A stretch of DNA of 64,000 bases from Acidimicrobiia bacterium (GCA_046484325.1 JAWOJB010000054.1:2287-66286), one strand, 5' to 3'; positions 54,066 through 63,724 are shown, counted from the stretch's first letter. Made by a program: numbers and translations. The notes: generated by a model not told the origin, from the letters alone.

Positions 54066-55187
54066 TCATACCCTCAGATGGGCGCGTACGTCCTCGGTCT
54101 CGTACGTCGCCAGTTGCTCGAGCAGCTTCTTCTCGTCCCGACTCAGCTTGCGGGGCACGGCCACCTCGACTTTGACCAGGAGGTCGCCTCCGCGGCCCCG
54201 GTCGGGCTGCACCCCCCGTCCCTTCACCCGGAACGTCTTGCCGCTCGGCGTGCCCGGAGGAACTTTGACGGTCACCGATCCGTCGAGCGTCGGGACGTGG
54301 ACCTTGGATCCGAGGGTCGCCTCGGTGAACGTGATCGGGACGGTGATCACGAGGTCGTTGCCCTTTCTGGTGAAGATCGGATGCCTCGCCACCGACACCC
54401 TTACGAGCAGATCCCCCGGTCGACCGCCGTTCCGGCCCGGCCCCCCGTGGCCTGCGAGCCGGATGGTGGAGCCGTCCTCCACGCCGGCGGGGACCCGGAC
54501 CTTGATCGTGCGCGTCCGCATCTCGGTGCCACGCCCGCGGCAGTTGCTGCACGGGTGGTCGATCTGACGGCCGGATCCGCCGCACTGGGGACAAGGCTGG
54601 GCGAAGGAGAAGAACCCCTGGTTCTGGGCGACCGTCCCCGAGCCCCGGCACGTGGGGCACGTCTGAGGTTGGGTACCCGGCTCGGCCCCGTTCCCGCCAC
54701 AGCGGCTGCAGGGTGCCTCGCCCCGGACCGAGACCTGGGTGGTGGCGCCCCGCACGGCGTCCTCGAACGACAGGTGGAGCTCGGCGGCGGTGTCGGGACC
54801 ACGCTGGGGTCCACCGCGACGCGATCCACCGAACCCGAAGAGGTCGCCGAGGCCGCCGAAACCACCGAGCAGGTCCGAGAGGTCTTCGACCCGCACCTGC
54901 TGGCCGCCACCGGTGAAGGGCCCGCCGCCCGGGAAGCCGGTGAACCCGCCGGACTCCACCAGCCGGCGCACCTGGTCGTACTCCTTGCGATGCTCGGGGT
55001 TGGAGAGGGTGGCGTAGGCCTCGGAGATCTGCTTGAACCGCTCCTCGGCGGCGGGGTCGCCCTGGTTGGCGTCCGGGTGGTACTGCTGGGCGAGCTTGCG
55101 GTAGGCGCGTTTGATCTCGTCGGCCGACGCACCGCTCGAGACCCCCAACTCCTGGTAGAAGTCCTTGTCCACCCAGTCGCGGTTCAT
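54066..55187 (-). CDS. dnaJ: Molecular chaperone DnaJ
   Basis: J domain with HPD (QQYHPDAN), G/F region and four CxxCxGxG zinc-finger repeats. Confidence 0.96.
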   Translation of the reverse strand: MNRDWVDKDFYQELGVSSGASADEIKRAYRKLAQQYHPDANQGDPAAEERFKQISEAYATLSNPEHRKEYDQVRRLVESGGFTGFPGGGPFTGGGQQVRVEDLSDLLGGFGGLGDLFGFGGSRRGGPQRGPDTAAELHLSFEDAVRGATTQVSVRGEAPCSRCGGNGAEPGTQPQTCPTCRGSGTVAQNQGFFSFAQPCPQCGGSGRQIDHPCSNCRGRGTEMRTRTIKVRVPAGVEDGSTIRLAGHGGPGRNGGRPGDLLVRVSVARHPIFTRKGNDLVITVPITFTEATLGSKVHVPTLDGSVTVKVPPGTPSGKTFRVKGRGVQPDRGRGGDLLVKVEVAVPRKLSRDEKKLLEQLATYETEDVRAHLRV

Positions 55188-55789
55188 GTGACCTCGGCTC
55201 GATCGGCGACCTCGACGAGGGCGGCACGGACCACCCGGCCGCGAAGTCGGTACCCCCGCCGGAGCTCCTTGGACACGATGAGCCCGCCGGTACCGTTCGC
55301 CGTCGAGCTCACGGCCTCGTGGATCTCGGGATCGAATGGCTCATCCCAGGTGGGCACCACCTCGAGCCCCTCGCCGGCGAGGATGTCGAGCAACAGCTGG
55401 TGGGTGCCGCGGACCCCGGCCAGCAGCTTCTGCTCGGTGTCCGACCGGGCCTCGATCGCCAGCGCGGCGTCGAGGCTGTCGAGCACCGGCAGCAGGGCCG
55501 CCACCACCCTCTCGGCCGCCCGTTCCACGGTCTGCTGTTGCTCGCGAAGGGCCCGCTTGCGGAAGTTGTCGAAATCTGCGGCGACCCGACGGAGGTCCTC
55601 GAGGTAGGCGGAGGCCTCGGCCCTGGCAGCGGCCACCTCCCGGAGGAGCAGGTCGATGGCCGCGTCGGGCTCACCGGGCAGCTCGAGCCCGAGGGATGCC
55701 GCATCCGGGGTCTCCTCGGGCCCGTGGGCCTCTGCCACCGGCAGGACCTCGCCCTCCACCACGTCGGACACCTGCGGCTCGTCGGACAT
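55184..55789 (-). CDS. grpE: Nucleotide exchange factor GrpE
   Basis: ORF 55184..55951. ATG 55789 (MSDEPQV) is chosen because the upstream part is the heptamer array. The start could also be GTG 55798. Confidence 0.9.
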   Translation of the reverse strand: MSDEPQVSDVVEGEVLPVAEAHGPEETPDAASLGLELPGEPDAAIDLLLREVAAARAEASAYLEDLRRVAADFDNFRKRALREQQQTVERAAERVVAALLPVLDSLDAALAIEARSDTEQKLLAGVRGTHQLLLDILAGEGLEVVPTWDEPFDPEIHEAVSSTANGTGGLIVSKELRRGYRLRGRVVRAALVEVADRAEVT

Positions 55790-55812
55790 GGACGTCACCT
55801 CGAAACCCGGCA

Positions 55813-55868
55813 GGTGCGACGTGCGACGTGGGATGTGGGACGTGGGACGTTGGACGTTGGACGTGAGA
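55813..55868. repeat. Tandem heptamer array, 8 units, with stepwise unit drift
   Basis: ggtgcga cgtgcga cgtggga tgtggga cgtggga cgttgga cgttgga cgtgaga. Lies between the dnaK stop (55878-55880) and the grpE start. Confidence 0.9.
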
Positions 55869-55877
55869 GGCGGCAGT

Positions 55878-57704
<1,827 letters not shown>

Positions 57705-57752
57705 GGCTGGGCCTCCTCCTGGGGGTGGTTCGGGTGGGGAACGCTCTTGATC

Positions 57753-57789
57753 GAGCTCATATCGTAGAACATGAGTCGACCATTGTCAC
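57753..57789 (-). promoter_or_regulatory. Candidate dnaK promoter (-35 GTGACA, 17-bp spacer, -10 TACGAT) with an overlapping inverted repeat
   Basis: The minus strand reads GTGACA atggtcgACTCATgttc TACGAT ATGAGCtcga. The CTCAT-N10-ATGAG repeat brackets the -10. The region is locally AT-richer. AGGAGGAGG Shine-Dalgarno lies before the ATG. Confidence 0.5.
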
Positions 57790-57850
57790 ATTCTGCCGGT
57801 TTCCGGCCGTCGACATTCGAGGACCGGGCAGGAGCGCGACCGCGTCGCTG

Positions 57851-57899
57851 GTTCATTGAGCAGATGCGTGGCTCCAGCCCACGCCGTTGCTCAATGAAC
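57851..57899 (-). terminator. Long compound hairpin 7 nt downstream of the acyl-CoA ligase stop
   Basis: GTTCATTGAGCA gat GCGTGG ctccagc CCACGC cgt TGCTCAATGAAC. It has a 12-bp outer stem and a 6-bp inner stem. Confidence 0.6.
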
Positions 57900-57905
57900 G
57901 TCGGT

Positions 57906-59696
57906 TCAGTCGGTGTAGAGCGCCTGGATGGCCTCGGCGTAGTGGTCCATCACCACCCGGCGCTTCAGCTTGAGCGTCGGGGTGAGCTCGTCGCGCTCCA
58001 TGGTGAAGTCGTCCGCCAGAATCCGGTACCTCCGGATCGACTCCGCCCGGGAGACGGCCTCGTTGGCCGCAGCCACGGCCGCCTCGATCTCCGCCACCAG
58101 ATCGGGGTCCGAGACGAGGGCCGTGCGGTCGAAGGCCTTCCCCCGTCGCTCCGCCCATCGTGGCAGCTCCTCGGGGTCGAGCGTGATCAGGGCGGCGATG
58201 TAGGGACGGTCGTCGCCCACCACCATGCTCTGGCTGACGAGCGGATGGGCATTGAGACGATCCTCGAGGATCACCGGGGCGACGTTCTTGCCGCCGGCGG
58301 TCACGATCAGTTCCTTCTTGCGGCCGGTGATCCGCAGATAGCCGTCGTCGTCGAGGGTGCCGATGTCCCCGGACCGGAACCAGCCGTCGATCGTGAAGGT
58401 CTCGGCGGTGGCCTGATCGTTGTTCCAGTACCCCCGGAACACGTGGGGGCCGCGGATGAGCACTTCACCGTCGTCGGCGATCCGGATCGAGGCGCCGGGA
58501 AGCGGGCGTCCCACGGTGCCGATCCGGACGGATCCCGGGCTGTTGACCGTCGAGCCGGCGGTGGTCTCGGTGAGGCCATAGCCCTCGAGCACGATGATCC
58601 CGATCCCGCTGTAGAAGTGGCCGAGGCGTTCGCCGAGTGCGGCACCGCCCGAGATCGAGTGGGCCACCCGACCGCCGAGGGCGTTGCGCAGCTTGCCGTA
58701 GACGAGACGATCGAACACGCCGTGCATCACCCGGGTTGTGAGCGCCACCGAGCCCGCCTCTCGCTGGCGCGAGTAGGCGATGGCCGTATCGGCCGCCAGC
58801 TGGAAGATCTTGCCTTTCCCGTCCGCCTCGGCCCGCTGCTGGGCGCCGTTGTAGACCCGCTCGAACACCCGAGGCACCGAGAAGAGCCAGGTGGGGCGCA
58901 CCATCGGAAGCTCCTCGGTGAGATGGGGGATCCCGCTCGAGAATGCCATCGTGCCGTTCCCGGCCATGACGACGGAGGCCTGGACGAGGTTGGCGAAGGA
59001 GTGGGCGAGCGGGAGGAACATGAGTGTCGAGGAGCCCTCGTAGAGCAGCTCGCCGAGGACGTCGAGCACCTGGCGGAGCTCCCATACGTAGTTGCCGACG
59101 GTGAGCATGCATCCCTTGGGCCGGCCGGTGGTCCCCGAGGTGTAGATCAGGGTGCCGAGGTCCTCCTGGGTGACCGAGGCCGCCCGCGCCAGGACCTGGT
59201 CGTCGTTCAGGCCTCGCCCGAGGTCGATGAGGGCGTCGAGGCCCCCCTCGTCGAGCACGAACACGTGCTCGATGGTTCCCAGCGCACCGGCCCGCTCCCG
59301 GTACACCCCCTCCAGCCCGGCGTCGGCGCAGACGATGGCTCGGGCGCCCGAGTCGGAGACGATCCACTCGACCTGCTCGGCCGAGGAGGTGTCGTAGATC
59401 GTGACGAGCACGCACCCTGCCGCCCAGATCCCGTAGGTGAGGATCGTGTACTCGTACCGGGTAGGTGAGAAGACGCAGACCCGGTCGCCCTTCTGCAGGC
59501 CGAGGGACATGAGGCCGGCCGCCACCCGCCGGGCCTTCGCCGCCAGCTCCCCGTAGTCGACGTCGACGAAGGGCCCGGCCGACCGATAGGAGAGGATCGG
59601 ATGGGCGGGTCGCTCCGCCTCCCACTGCCAGAGAGCCGTGGTCAGATTTTCGTCGGGGTCGACGGCGACGGCGCCTGGGCTCGTGTACTCCTGCAT
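57906..59696 (-). CDS. AMP-dependent long-chain fatty acid-CoA ligase (FadD-like)
   Basis: ORF 57906..60404, start MQEYTSPG (ATG 59696). AMP-binding motif LIYTSGTTGRPKG. C-terminal TPTLKLKR. Confidence 0.92.
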   Translation of the reverse strand: MQEYTSPGAVAVDPDENLTTALWQWEAERPAHPILSYRSAGPFVDVDYGELAAKARRVAAGLMSLGLQKGDRVCVFSPTRYEYTILTYGIWAAGCVLVTIYDTSSAEQVEWIVSDSGARAIVCADAGLEGVYRERAGALGTIEHVFVLDEGGLDALIDLGRGLNDDQVLARAASVTQEDLGTLIYTSGTTGRPKGCMLTVGNYVWELRQVLDVLGELLYEGSSTLMFLPLAHSFANLVQASVVMAGNGTMAFSSGIPHLTEELPMVRPTWLFSVPRVFERVYNGAQQRAEADGKGKIFQLAADTAIAYSRQREAGSVALTTRVMHGVFDRLVYGKLRNALGGRVAHSISGGAALGERLGHFYSGIGIIVLEGYGLTETTAGSTVNSPGSVRIGTVGRPLPGASIRIADDGEVLIRGPHVFRGYWNNDQATAETFTIDGWFRSGDIGTLDDDGYLRITGRKKELIVTAGGKNVAPVILEDRLNAHPLVSQSMVVGDDRPYIAALITLDPEELPRWAERRGKAFDRTALVSDPDLVAEIEAAVAAANEAVSRAESIRRYRILADDFTMERDELTPTLKLKRRVVMDHYAEAIQALYTD

Positions 59697-59758
59697 GGCA
59701 CGCTCCGGTTGCGAGGGACCCGGAGGGTATCCGGCTCGGGGCGGACACGCCCGTGAAA

Positions 59759-60496
59759 CTACGACTCGGGGATCAGGTCGGCCAGGTCGGCGACGACGAG
59801 ATCGGCGCCGGCCTCGGTGAGGGCGGCGGCCTGGCCGTCCCTGGCGACGCCGACGACGAACCCGAATCCTCCGGCGCGCGCCGCCTCGACTCCGATCGCC
59901 ACGTCGTCCATCACGACGATCCGTGACGGTGTCACGCCGAGCTCGCGGGCCGCCTCGAGAAAGGTGTCCGGTTCCGGCTTGGCGTGGAGGCGGCGGGAGC
60001 GTGCCTCCAACCCGTCGATGACGACGTCGAACCTCGAACCGAGCCCGGCCGCCTCGAGCACGCCGCGGGCGCTGGCGCTGGAGGACACCACGGCCGTCCG
60101 AATCCCGAGCGCGTCCAGGTGGTCGAGCAGCGCCAGCGATCCCGGGTACGCCTCGATGCCCCCCGACGCCAGCACCGTGCGGAACCGGTCGTTCTTCGTG
60201 TTGCCCACCGCGCAGACCGAGTCGAAGGCGGGCGAGTCGGCAGGGCTCCCCTCCGGCAGGGCCAGCCCCCGGGAGGCGAGGAAGGAGCGCACCCCGTCGT
60301 AGCGGCGCCTGCCGTCGACGTGGGCGAGGTAGTCGTCGTGGGTGAACTCCTCGAAGCCCTCGCCGAACCGATCCGCCAGGAACTCGTCGAAGGTGAGCTT
60401 CCATGCCCGCTCGTGGGCCCGGGCGGTGTCGGTGAGCACGCCGTCGAGGACGAAGAGCACGGCTCGGTGGTGCCCCCAGTCGGGGAGCTGGTTCAC
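59759..60496 (-). CDS. HAD superfamily, beta-phosphoglucomutase-family protein with the motif I nucleophile replaced (VLDG instead of DLDG)
   Basis: GTG 60496. AVLFVLDGVLTDTA. Otherwise close to beta-PGM family hydrolases (VVSSSAS, AKPEPDTF, DDVAIGVEAARAGG). Confidence 0.8.
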   Translation of the reverse strand: MNQLPDWGHHRAVLFVLDGVLTDTARAHERAWKLTFDEFLADRFGEGFEEFTHDDYLAHVDGRRRYDGVRSFLASRGLALPEGSPADSPAFDSVCAVGNTKNDRFRTVLASGGIEAYPGSLALLDHLDALGIRTAVVSSSASARGVLEAAGLGSRFDVVIDGLEARSRRLHAKPEPDTFLEAARELGVTPSRIVVMDDVAIGVEAARAGGFGFVVGVARDGQAAALTEAGADLVVADLADLIPES

Positions 60497-60500
60497 GGGA

Positions 60501-61232
60501 TCACCATCCCAGCGCGTCGAGGCGGTCGGCCACCATCGAAGGGTATCCGCCGGCGAAGAGCCGTACGTGCACGAGCAGGTGGTGGAGCTGGAGGGCCGGC
60601 CGGCGCCTCTCCCACCCAGGGTCGAGCGGCCAGGCCTCGGCGTAGGCACCCCACATGGCCGGTGGGATCCCGCCGAACAGCGCCATGAAGGCGAGCTCGA
60701 TCTCCCGGTCCGAGTAGCTCACGGCAGGGTCGACGAGGTAGGCGCCGTCCACCACGTTGCCCGCCCATAGATCGCCATGGACGAGCGAGGGCACCGGTCG
60801 GTGGGGCTCCAGGAGGGCGGGAAGCGGGCCTTCCGCTGACCGCCGGATCCGGCGGGCCAGCGGCTCGGGCACGGCGGGGTCGTCGAGGTGGGCCAAGACC
60901 CGCCGTTCGACGAAGAAGGCGGACCACGAGTCAGCCCAGCCGTTGGTCTGGGGGAGGGCCCCGATCACGTTGTCGATGGGGTAGCCGAAGGCGGGGTTGG
61001 TGTGACGGTGGAGAGCGGCAAGCGACCGGCCGAGGCCCTCCCAGTCGGGCCAGCCCGACACCCGCTCCATCACGAGCTCGTGCCGGTCGGCCCCGTACAC
61101 GGCCGGCACAGGTGCGCCTGCCTTGGCGAGGGCCCGAAGGCCGTCGGCCTCCAGCCGGGCGTCGTAGCTCGTGCGTTTGATCACCACCGGACGGCCGTCG
61201 CGCTCCTCGAACGAGATCGATGCCCAGCTCAC
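60501..61232 (-). CDS. Fructosamine/ketosamine-3-kinase family protein
   Basis: GTG 61232 overlaps the upstream stop (GTGA). LVHGDLWAGNV catalytic loop. VDPAVSYSDREIELA. Confidence 0.85.
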   Translation of the reverse strand: MSWASISFEERDGRPVVIKRTSYDARLEADGLRALAKAGAPVPAVYGADRHELVMERVSGWPDWEGLGRSLAALHRHTNPAFGYPIDNVIGALPQTNGWADSWSAFFVERRVLAHLDDPAVPEPLARRIRRSAEGPLPALLEPHRPVPSLVHGDLWAGNVVDGAYLVDPAVSYSDREIELAFMALFGGIPPAMWGAYAEAWPLDPGWERRRPALQLHHLLVHVRLFAGGYPSMVADRLDALGW

Positions 61233-61684
61233 CCGCCGGTGCTCGCGACCTCGTCGACGAGCCTGGCCGCCGCTTCGACGACGGTGGCCATCGTCTGGCG
61301 GTAGGCCTCGTAGCCCCGTCCCCACGGGTCAGGCACATCGGCGCCGTCGTGACGGAAGAGGCGGACCTTGGCGGCCGCCTCGCGATCCGGGGCCAGGGCC
61401 AGGAGGTCCCTCAGGTTGTCCCGATCCATGGCCACGATGAGATCGAACCGCTCGAAGTCCTCGACCGTCACCTGTCGGGCCCGACCCTCGATCGTGAGCC
61501 CGACCTCGGCTCCCGCCCTTCGAGATTCCGGATGGGGCGGCTCGCCCAGGTGATAGCGGGAAGTACCCGCCGACTCGACCTCGACGGGGATGCCGGCATC
61601 GACGGCCGCCGTGCGGATAGCGGCCTCCGCCGCCGGGGAACGGCAGATGTTGCCGAGGCAGACGACCAGGATCCGCACCGTCAC
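61229..61684 (-). CDS. Low molecular weight protein-tyrosine phosphatase family protein
   Basis: GTG 61684 overlaps the upstream stop. P-loop VCLGNICRSP (CX5R-S). DPWG aspartate loop. Confidence 0.9.
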   Translation of the reverse strand: MTVRILVVCLGNICRSPAAEAAIRTAAVDAGIPVEVESAGTSRYHLGEPPHPESRRAGAEVGLTIEGRARQVTVEDFERFDLIVAMDRDNLRDLLALAPDREAAAKVRLFRHDGADVPDPWGRGYEAYRQTMATVVEAAARLVDEVASTGG

Positions 61685-62592
61685 GGCGCCGTCGACTCGA
61701 TCCGCCGTCGCGCAAGCTCCACGTAGTCCTCGTCGGTCTCGAACCCGACGAACCTGCGGTCGGTCAGGATCGAGGCCACCGCCGTCGTACCCGAACCCAT
61801 GAAGGGGTCGAGCACCAGATCGCCCCGGTACGTGTAGAGCTCGATCAGCCGGCGGGGGAGGTCGACCGGGAACGGGGCGGGATGGCCCACCCGGGTGGCG
61901 CTCTCCGAGGGGATCTCCCACACGTCGAGCGTGGCCGCCATGAACTCCTCGCCGGTGATCGTTGTTTCGTGGGGCAGGCCACGACGGTCTCGTTCTCGCC
62001 GGTCGAGGGCGCGGTCGAATCGTCCCTTCGAGGCCAGGACCACCCGCTCGGTGAGGTCGCGCAACACCGGGTTGGCCGGGCTCCGGTAGGACCCCCAGGC
62101 GCAGGACCCGTTGGCCCCCTTCGCCTTCTGCCAGACGATCTCGCCCCTGAGCAGCAGGCCGAGGTCCTGGAGGATCATCATCACGTCGGCGGACAGCGAC
62201 CGGTAGGGCTTGCGGCCGAGGTTGGCCACGTTGACGGCCATTCGCCCGCCCGGCTCGAGCTTGGCTGCACAGGTCCCGAAGACCTCGTGGAGCAACTCGA
62301 GGTACTCGAGATAGGAGGAGGGGACGTGGCCCGCTCCGAGTTCCTCCTCGTACTCCTTGCCGGCGAAGTACGGGGGAGAGGTGACCACGAGGGCCACCGA
62401 GCGGTCGGCCACCTGGTGGGGAGCCATCGAGCGGGCATCGGCGCAGAAGATCCGGTCGACCGCGACCGGCGGCTCGATCCGGTCGTCGTCCGAAACCACC
62501 GGGGCGGTGAACCGGGCATAGAAGCCGGAGGCGTCGTGGCTCTCTCGCCGCGACGACCCGAACGGGGAGGTGGAGGTGGCCCGGCGCGGCAT
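61681..62592 (-). CDS. Beta-class amino DNA methyltransferase (SPPY motif, candidate N4-cytosine or N6-adenine), no partner endonuclease seen
   Basis: Motif IV VVTSPPY is N-terminal to motif I DPFMGSGTT (beta-class order). Helical C-terminus. Confidence 0.85.
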   Translation of the reverse strand: MPRRATSTSPFGSSRRESHDASGFYARFTAPVVSDDDRIEPPVAVDRIFCADARSMAPHQVADRSVALVVTSPPYFAGKEYEEELGAGHVPSSYLEYLELLHEVFGTCAAKLEPGGRMAVNVANLGRKPYRSLSADVMMILQDLGLLLRGEIVWQKAKGANGSCAWGSYRSPANPVLRDLTERVVLASKGRFDRALDRRERDRRGLPHETTITGEEFMAATLDVWEIPSESATRVGHPAPFPVDLPRRLIELYTYRGDLVLDPFMGSGTTAVASILTDRRFVGFETDEDYVELARRRIESTAP

Positions 62593-62624
62593 GCCGGGAG
62601 GGTAGTGAGCGCCCCGGTGAGGGG

Positions 62625-62667
62625 TTGATCTTTACCTCGAGTTCATGGTATGCTTGCTATTGCAAGC
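62625..62667 (+). promoter_or_regulatory. Candidate promoter (TTGATC, 18-bp spacer, TATGCT) plus a short inverted repeat upstream of the GNAT gene
   Basis: AT-rich island. TTGATC at 62625-62630, TATGCT at 62649-62654, GCTTGC tatt GCAAGC at 62652-62667. ATG at 62679. Confidence 0.45.
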
Positions 62668-62678
62668 GAAAGGTGGCC

Positions 62679-63290
62679 ATGACCCACCCGTCGACGAAGC
62701 CCGAGAACGCCGGTCGGCTCCGTCCGACCGCCACGGTGCGGACCCGCAAGGGCCACGTGGTCCGGGTTCGCCCGGTCGAGCCGGACGATCGCGAGCTCAT
62801 GGTCGAGGGGTTCGTGCGGCTGTCGGATCGGAGCCGCTATCTGCGGTTCATGGCGCCCACCGACCGTCTCTCCGAGAGCCAGCTCGAGTACCTCTCGCAC
62901 ATCGACTACCTCAACCACTTCGCCTGGGGCGTCCTCACCCCCGCCGGCACCCCGGTGGCGATCGGGCGGTTCGTCCGGTTCCGGGACGAACCCGATGCGG
63001 CCGACGTGGCGTTGACGGTTACCGACGATCACCAGGGCCGGGGGATCGGCACGATGCTCATCCAGGCCTTGGCGGTGGTCGCCCGGCGGCGCGGCATCGT
63101 CACCTTCCACTTCGACGTGCTCCCCAGCAACGAGGCGATGTTGGCGGTGCTGGCGTCGTTGGGCGCCTCGTCGACGCTCGCCGACGGCATCGCCCATCTC
63201 GTCATCCCCGTGACCGAGATCGAGCCCCCGGAGGTGCTCGATGGTGATCTGGGGCGACTGGCCGACCGGATGGCGGCGAGACCGGCCTGA
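62679..63290 (+). CDS. GNAT N-acetyltransferase, Pat-like protein acetyltransferase type
   Basis: ORF 62625..63290, ATG 62679. SRYLRFMAP and DDHQGRGIGTMLIQAL resemble the GNAT domain of actinobacterial protein lysine acetyltransferases. Confidence 0.8.
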   Translation: MTHPSTKPENAGRLRPTATVRTRKGHVVRVRPVEPDDRELMVEGFVRLSDRSRYLRFMAPTDRLSESQLEYLSHIDYLNHFAWGVLTPAGTPVAIGRFVRFRDEPDAADVALTVTDDHQGRGIGTMLIQALAVVARRRGIVTFHFDVLPSNEAMLAVLASLGASSTLADGIAHLVIPVTEIEPPEVLDGDLGRLADRMAARPA

Positions 63291-63698
63291 TCAGCCCTCG
63301 TCGGGCTCCAGATCGAGGGCGGACGAGTTGATGCAGTAACGCAGCCCGGTGGTTTCGCGAGGCCCGTCGGGGAACACATGCCCCAGGTGTCCGCCACACG
63401 TGGAGCAGGTCACCTCGGTCCGCACCATGCCGTGGCTTCGATCGGTGGCCTCGTCGACGCGACCCGGTTCCATCGGCTCCCAGAAGCTCGGCCACCCCGA
63501 TCCGGAGTCGAACTTCGTATCGGAGCTGAAGAGCGGCGTGCCGCATCCGGCGCAGCGGTAGGTCCCTCGGAGCTTGCTGTTCCAGTATCGGCCCGTGAAG
63601 GCGGGCTCGGTGCCGGACTTGCGGAGGATCTGGAACGTCTCGGGATCGAGGCGGGCGCGCCAGCCCTCATCGGTGGTGGGCAGGTCGTGGTCGGTCAT
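63291..63698 (-). CDS. msrB: Peptide-methionine (R)-S-oxide reductase
   Basis: ORF 63291..63971, ATG 63698 (MTDHDLP). CAGCG and CSTCGGHLGH zinc cysteines. RYCINS catalytic motif. Confidence 0.93.
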   Translation of the reverse strand: MTDHDLPTTDEGWRARLDPETFQILRKSGTEPAFTGRYWNSKLRGTYRCAGCGTPLFSSDTKFDSGSGWPSFWEPMEPGRVDEATDRSHGMVRTEVTCSTCGGHLGHVFPDGPRETTGLRYCINSSALDLEPDEG

Positions 63699-63724
63699 GA
63701 CACGAGCGTATCCGTCCAGCCCGG

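Noticed and set aside
57705-57905. Canonical HAIR (CTTGAGT-N7-ACTCAAG) or CIRCE element upstream of dnaK
   Set aside because: No sequence with that spacing and half-site order is present. Only the non-canonical repeats reported above were found.
61681-62592. Restriction-modification or other defence island around the DNA methyltransferase
   Set aside because: The neighbours are housekeeping genes (LMW-PTP, ketosamine kinase, HAD, GNAT, msrB). No nuclease, helicase, specificity subunit or mobility gene is present on either side.
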